From Nitrospirota bacterium (GTDB lineage: Bacteria; Nitrospirota; Nitrospiria; Nitrospirales; NS-4): a DNA stretch of 64,000 nucleotides. A model generated the notes under the pieces. It saw only the letters and a program-made list of their open reading frames with translations. It made no database searches and was not told the origin of the DNA. The DNA is taken from assembly GCA_963788195.1 (NCBI GenBank), contig CAWBGA010000013.1, forward strand, positions 128,001 to 192,000. Reading direction: 5' to 3'. The stretch's first letter is position 1. The number at the start of each line of letters is the position of its first letter. The translations under genes and the position numbers were made by a program. Positions 60,532 to 64,000 of the stretch are shown here, in pieces.

Positions 60532-63522
60532 ATGTCAGGCGATCTCTCTCCTAAATTCACCATGCTCCTCGCGGAGTTCCTTGAGGAAGATGACGCCCGG
60601 TCACAAGGGGCACGGCTGTCGACGTATCGGAATGCCTCGCAATTGCTTGTGTTACTGATGGAGCTGCGTGATCGCTCGCACAAGGCCGCGGCACTGGCGG
60701 TCAGAGCCCTCCCCATGGTGATGGAGTTGCTGCCCGAAGCGGAACTTCTGCTCTGGATGGATCTTGCCGTTTCCCTCAGCGAACACTCCGGTGCGATCGC
60801 GTTAAAGTACTGTGCAGAAGCAGAGACAATTCTTAAACTGATTCCTCCGGACGCGACCGGTGCGGTGCTCAGGGTGACGCTGGAGTTGGCCGACCAGGAT
60901 GCGGCGCTCGCGTTGGAAGGGTTTCGCACCGCAGGGGATGCATCATCGATGACGGGGGTTGACGCGCTCTCATCCTGGGCGCAAATCGGCGCTGATCTCG
61001 CTCGGTGGGATTATGTGATCGGCGTCGAATATTTTCGTCGCAGCCCGGAAGCGCTCCGCGTCCTTTTAGTTGACGATTTGAAAGCCTGGGCCTCGGTGAG
61101 TCTGAAGCTTGTGCTCACCAACACTTTCGGCAAACCCGATTATCTGGGAGCGCTGACGTACATGCGGACGAGCGCAACCCTGCTGACCGAGCTGTCGACA
61201 CTGGGCGCCCGGCGGCGGCTGGTGGCTCTCGTCGGTGCGATGGCTGATCGGAGCCCGAGCATTGCCATTGCATTGCTAGGGGAGGCGCCTGGGCTGCTGC
61301 ATCGGCTCCCCACTCCTGAATGGCAGGAGCGCGTGCTCAGGTATGGAATGCTCGTCGCAGACAAGGACCCTGAGGCCGCTGTTGCGTATGTGCACCGGGC
61401 GCACGAGGTGCTCACGCTCATTGGAGATGATGCCGAAGCTTCTTTCGCAGTGGGACGCTTTGAAGACTGGTTTAAGGCCGGCATGGAGGTCTTGGACCTC
61501 AATCCCGAGGCGGCCCGGGCTTACTTTGCGACGGAGACGCGAAAGGCTCTGGAAGCACTGGAGCGGGCTGCCAGCGGTGTAGCCTTGAAGGACGTCGTGC
61601 GTGTCCTGAAGCTTTTTGCCGAAGGGTTGAGTGGCAAGCCGTTGACGATTCGTCACCACGGCCAGGATGAGAGTGAGGCTTCGTCGTCGCCAACCACTTC
61701 GGGCGAAGGCATCATCGTGTTGCCCGCTCGCATGCGCCGGTATCCGGGGCGCAATGACAACTTACGCATGTACAAACTTATGACGGCGCACGAGGCCGGC
61801 CATTTTGAGTACGGCACATACGATCTGGATCTCGGGTCTGTCCAGGATCTGGCGGCGCAAGCCTGTCTTCGTTACGGCCGGCCGGCGCCGACCCATCTGG
61901 GCTCCCTTGACGATCTCTTCCACTGCTATCCTCAGCCCTCTCTCATTCGAGACATCTGGAAGCTGGCAGAAGATGCCCGGATAGACGCGGGCCTAAAGAC
62001 CGAGTACCCCGGCCTACGCCGGGACATGGAGGACCTGCTCGGAGAAGAGCTGTCTAAACGAACGCTCACCCACGGGATGTCTGTGAAGGAGATGATTGTT
62101 GAGCTGCTGCTTCAACTTTCCGCCGATCGTCCTGATGCGGTCCGAATCCCGTTTGCGTTGGAGGATGTCGTCACACGCGCCTGGGCTCTCTTGCGGAGCG
62201 TCGTTCACCCTGATGTCTCAACCGAAGCCGTGGTCCGCGCGGTGCATCGAGCCTATGTCCTTATAGAAGAACTCACGGCCCCCAGTGAGCCCGCGTCTGA
62301 TGATGAGCGAGCGGAACCGTCTGCTCTACCGGACAAGCCTCGAGAAGGAGAGTCGCAAGGAGGAACCTATAGGCCGTTGGAAAACTTTACCTATCGCGGA
62401 CCAATGGAGGTTGAAGCTGGACCCGCCGGTCACGACCCCGCCAAGACAAATTCGTCTCTCCCGTGGTCTGAGTCTGTGCCGCACCCGCCTTCCTCACGTT
62501 TTGCCGAGACGGAACGGCCGGCCCGTGAGGCAGGCTCTTCGGAGCCTCCCGTGGCGCCAGCACAGCCCGCCTCTGCCGAAACGGAAGCCATGCCCGAGGG
62601 CCCGAGCCTGGCCGAGTCTGTGGAGGATCGGCGTATCTTTTTTTATGATGAGTGGGACGGCCGGATCGTGGACTATCGTTCCAATTGGTGTCGAGTCATC
62701 GAGGAGACAGCGACGGAAGGGCCCGGCGGTTTTGTCGAGCGAACGAGGATGACCCATGGTGGCACCATCGCTTTGATTCGTCGCTATTTCGAGGGAATTC
62801 GACCATCGGCTTTACGGCGTTTGCGTCGTCAGTCGGACGGCGAAGAGGTGGATATCGAAGCGGTGGTCGAAAGCCTCGTCGAGCAGCGCGCGCAGACAAG
62901 CCCCACCGAGGACGTGTACATCCGCAAGGATCGCCGGGAACGCGATGTGGCAGTCGCATTTCTCGTGGACCTAAGCGGCTCCACCGGTCGGCAGATCGGG
63001 CCGGACGGGATGCGCATCATCGATGTGGAAAAGGATGGCCTGGTCTTGCTTGCGGAAGGGCTTGAGGCGATCGGCGATCAGTACGCCCTCTATGGCTACT
63101 CCGGACAGTCGCGCAACGAGGTTCAATTTCTGGTGCTGAAGGACTTTGACGAGCGCTACGGACCGACAATCTGGCGACGCATTGATGCCGTCCGTCCGCT
63201 GGTGCAGAACCGTGACGGCGCTGCCATCAGGCATGCCACACATCGAATTCTGGAGCGATCCGCGCGCGTGAAACTTTTGGTCCTGCTAAGTGATGGGCGC
63301 CCGCTCGACGACCTCTACGGCGACGAGTATGCGCTGGAGGATACTAAGGCTGCGCTCCGTGAAGCGAGGGCGAAGGGCATTCATCCCTTTTGCGTAACCG
63401 TTGATCATGAGGAGTCCGGGTACCTGGCAAGAATGTACGGGGACGTGAGCTATGTGATCATCGATCGTGTGCAGACTCTTCCTGAGCGTCTCCCCAGAAT
63501 TTATCGGACGTTAACCACATGA
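60532..63522 (+). CDS. NorD/CbbO-like vWA-domain partner of the MoxR ATPase, with a long helical-repeat N-terminus
   Basis: HEAGH, YDEWD, DGEEVD, DLSGST MIDAS, NRDGAAIRHA, LSDGRP; TGCTATAAT extended -10 just upstream. Confidence 0.9.
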   Translation: MSGDLSPKFTMLLAEFLEEDDARSQGARLSTYRNASQLLVLLMELRDRSHKAAALAVRALPMVMELLPEAELLLWMDLAVSLSEHSGAIALKYCAEAETILKLIPPDATGAVLRVTLELADQDAALALEGFRTAGDASSMTGVDALSSWAQIGADLARWDYVIGVEYFRRSPEALRVLLVDDLKAWASVSLKLVLTNTFGKPDYLGALTYMRTSATLLTELSTLGARRRLVALVGAMADRSPSIAIALLGEAPGLLHRLPTPEWQERVLRYGMLVADKDPEAAVAYVHRAHEVLTLIGDDAEASFAVGRFEDWFKAGMEVLDLNPEAARAYFATETRKALEALERAASGVALKDVVRVLKLFAEGLSGKPLTIRHHGQDESEASSSPTTSGEGIIVLPARMRRYPGRNDNLRMYKLMTAHEAGHFEYGTYDLDLGSVQDLAAQACLRYGRPAPTHLGSLDDLFHCYPQPSLIRDIWKLAEDARIDAGLKTEYPGLRRDMEDLLGEELSKRTLTHGMSVKEMIVELLLQLSADRPDAVRIPFALEDVVTRAWALLRSVVHPDVSTEAVVRAVHRAYVLIEELTAPSEPASDDERAEPSALPDKPREGESQGGTYRPLENFTYRGPMEVEAGPAGHDPAKTNSSLPWSESVPHPPSSRFAETERPAREAGSSEPPVAPAQPASAETEAMPEGPSLAESVEDRRIFFYDEWDGRIVDYRSNWCRVIEETATEGPGGFVERTRMTHGGTIALIRRYFEGIRPSALRRLRRQSDGEEVDIEAVVESLVEQRAQTSPTEDVYIRKDRRERDVAVAFLVDLSGSTGRQIGPDGMRIIDVEKDGLVLLAEGLEAIGDQYALYGYSGQSRNEVQFLVLKDFDERYGPTIWRRIDAVRPLVQNRDGAAIRHATHRILERSARVKLLVLLSDGRPLDDLYGDEYALEDTKAALREARAKGIHPFCVTVDHEESGYLARMYGDVSYVIIDRVQTLPERLPRIYRTLTT

Positions 63523-63917
63523 CCGAATCTGCGGAGCGTGACACCGGAGAGAGGCAGATCCCGGCGTGGGTGTACAAGCTCTTCACGGGTCATGCCTATC
63601 CCTACGTTCGCCGGCAAGCCAAGTTCGCCTATAAGCGCGAGCCGACGCCCGATGACATCAGGCTTAAATTTTGGGAGATCTATCCGCGGTGCTGGGTCAA
63701 AATGCTGCAGGAGATAAAGACCGGGATGATCGTGAGCTTCATTGAGTTAGGGCGCTACGAGCCTGGTACATTCCAAGCATTGATCGATTCTCCGGACGAG
63801 TTCTTGGCCAACACCTATGGAAAGAAAAAGATTAAGCTGAATTTCTATCTGGGCGAGAACTTCGTATGCACCATTAATTTCAAGGTCGCGGGCTGGAGCT
63901 CTCATGATGACGATTAG
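63519..63917 (+). CDS. Hypothetical protein
   Basis: 132-aa ORF translationally coupled (ATGA overlap) to the vWA gene. Confidence 0.7.
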   Translation: MTESAERDTGERQIPAWVYKLFTGHAYPYVRRQAKFAYKREPTPDDIRLKFWEIYPRCWVKMLQEIKTGMIVSFIELGRYEPGTFQALIDSPDEFLANTYGKKKIKLNFYLGENFVCTINFKVAGWSSHDDD

Positions 63918-63952
63918 GAATAGGAAATGGAGTTAGAGCGGGGGTAGGCATA

Positions 63953-64000
63953 GTGGCACGTGAAAAAATCACCGTCGTGGGCGCCGGAAACGTCGGAGCG
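63953..64000 (+). CDS. mdh: Malate dehydrogenase (LDH-like), N-terminus only
   Basis: GTG start, MAREKITVVGAGNVGA Rossmann motif, runs off the window edge. Confidence 0.75.
   Translation, partial: MAREKITVVGAGNVGA

Overview
This 64-kb window is mostly core chromosome of a GC-rich bacterium. Gene content and order suggest Nitrospirota, which is an inference. From left to right it holds: the end of an arsC-acr3 unit; a minus-strand sulfur-carrier cluster (thiS, cysK, moeB, thrC-like, moaD/cysO, NIL, moeB, JAB protease); pgsA-like, pilB-pilC-pilS-pilR; ispE-prs-rplY-pth-ychF-rpsF-ssb-rpsR; yceD-rpmF-plsX-fabH-fabL-like-fabD-fabG-acpP-fabF-rnc; two cyclophilins, hsp20, FmdB-type and HPF genes; an aminotransferase-serA-hisZ-dnaB-TPR run; sigma54-driven pilA with an ABC export module and degT; a small island with two inverted-repeat-capped Y1 (RAYT-like) transposases, a hidden DUF4279-like gene and a MutS-V gene; a minus-strand run (ATP-grasp-like/glutaredoxin, KamA, dcd, two glycosyltransferases, MBL-rhodanese, flavoprotein); a YkgJ/DUF2156 gene, a PIN toxin-antitoxin pair, cbbQ/norQ, an FTR catalytic subunit, a large vWA protein and the start of mdh. 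About 20 reading-frame breaks, nearly all single extra bases and some in housekeeping genes, look like sequencing errors. The most striking unannotated signal is a dispersed intergenic element: one G-tract, then a hairpin whose stem varies but stays paired around a fixed TG-TCTYGG-CA apex, then three G-tracts. This is a candidate quadruplex-duplex hybrid. A second signal is a family of GGGGWCAG-capped inverted-repeat doublets, related to the transposase ends, that have become parts of protein-coding sequence. No tRNA, rRNA or CRISPR array was seen.
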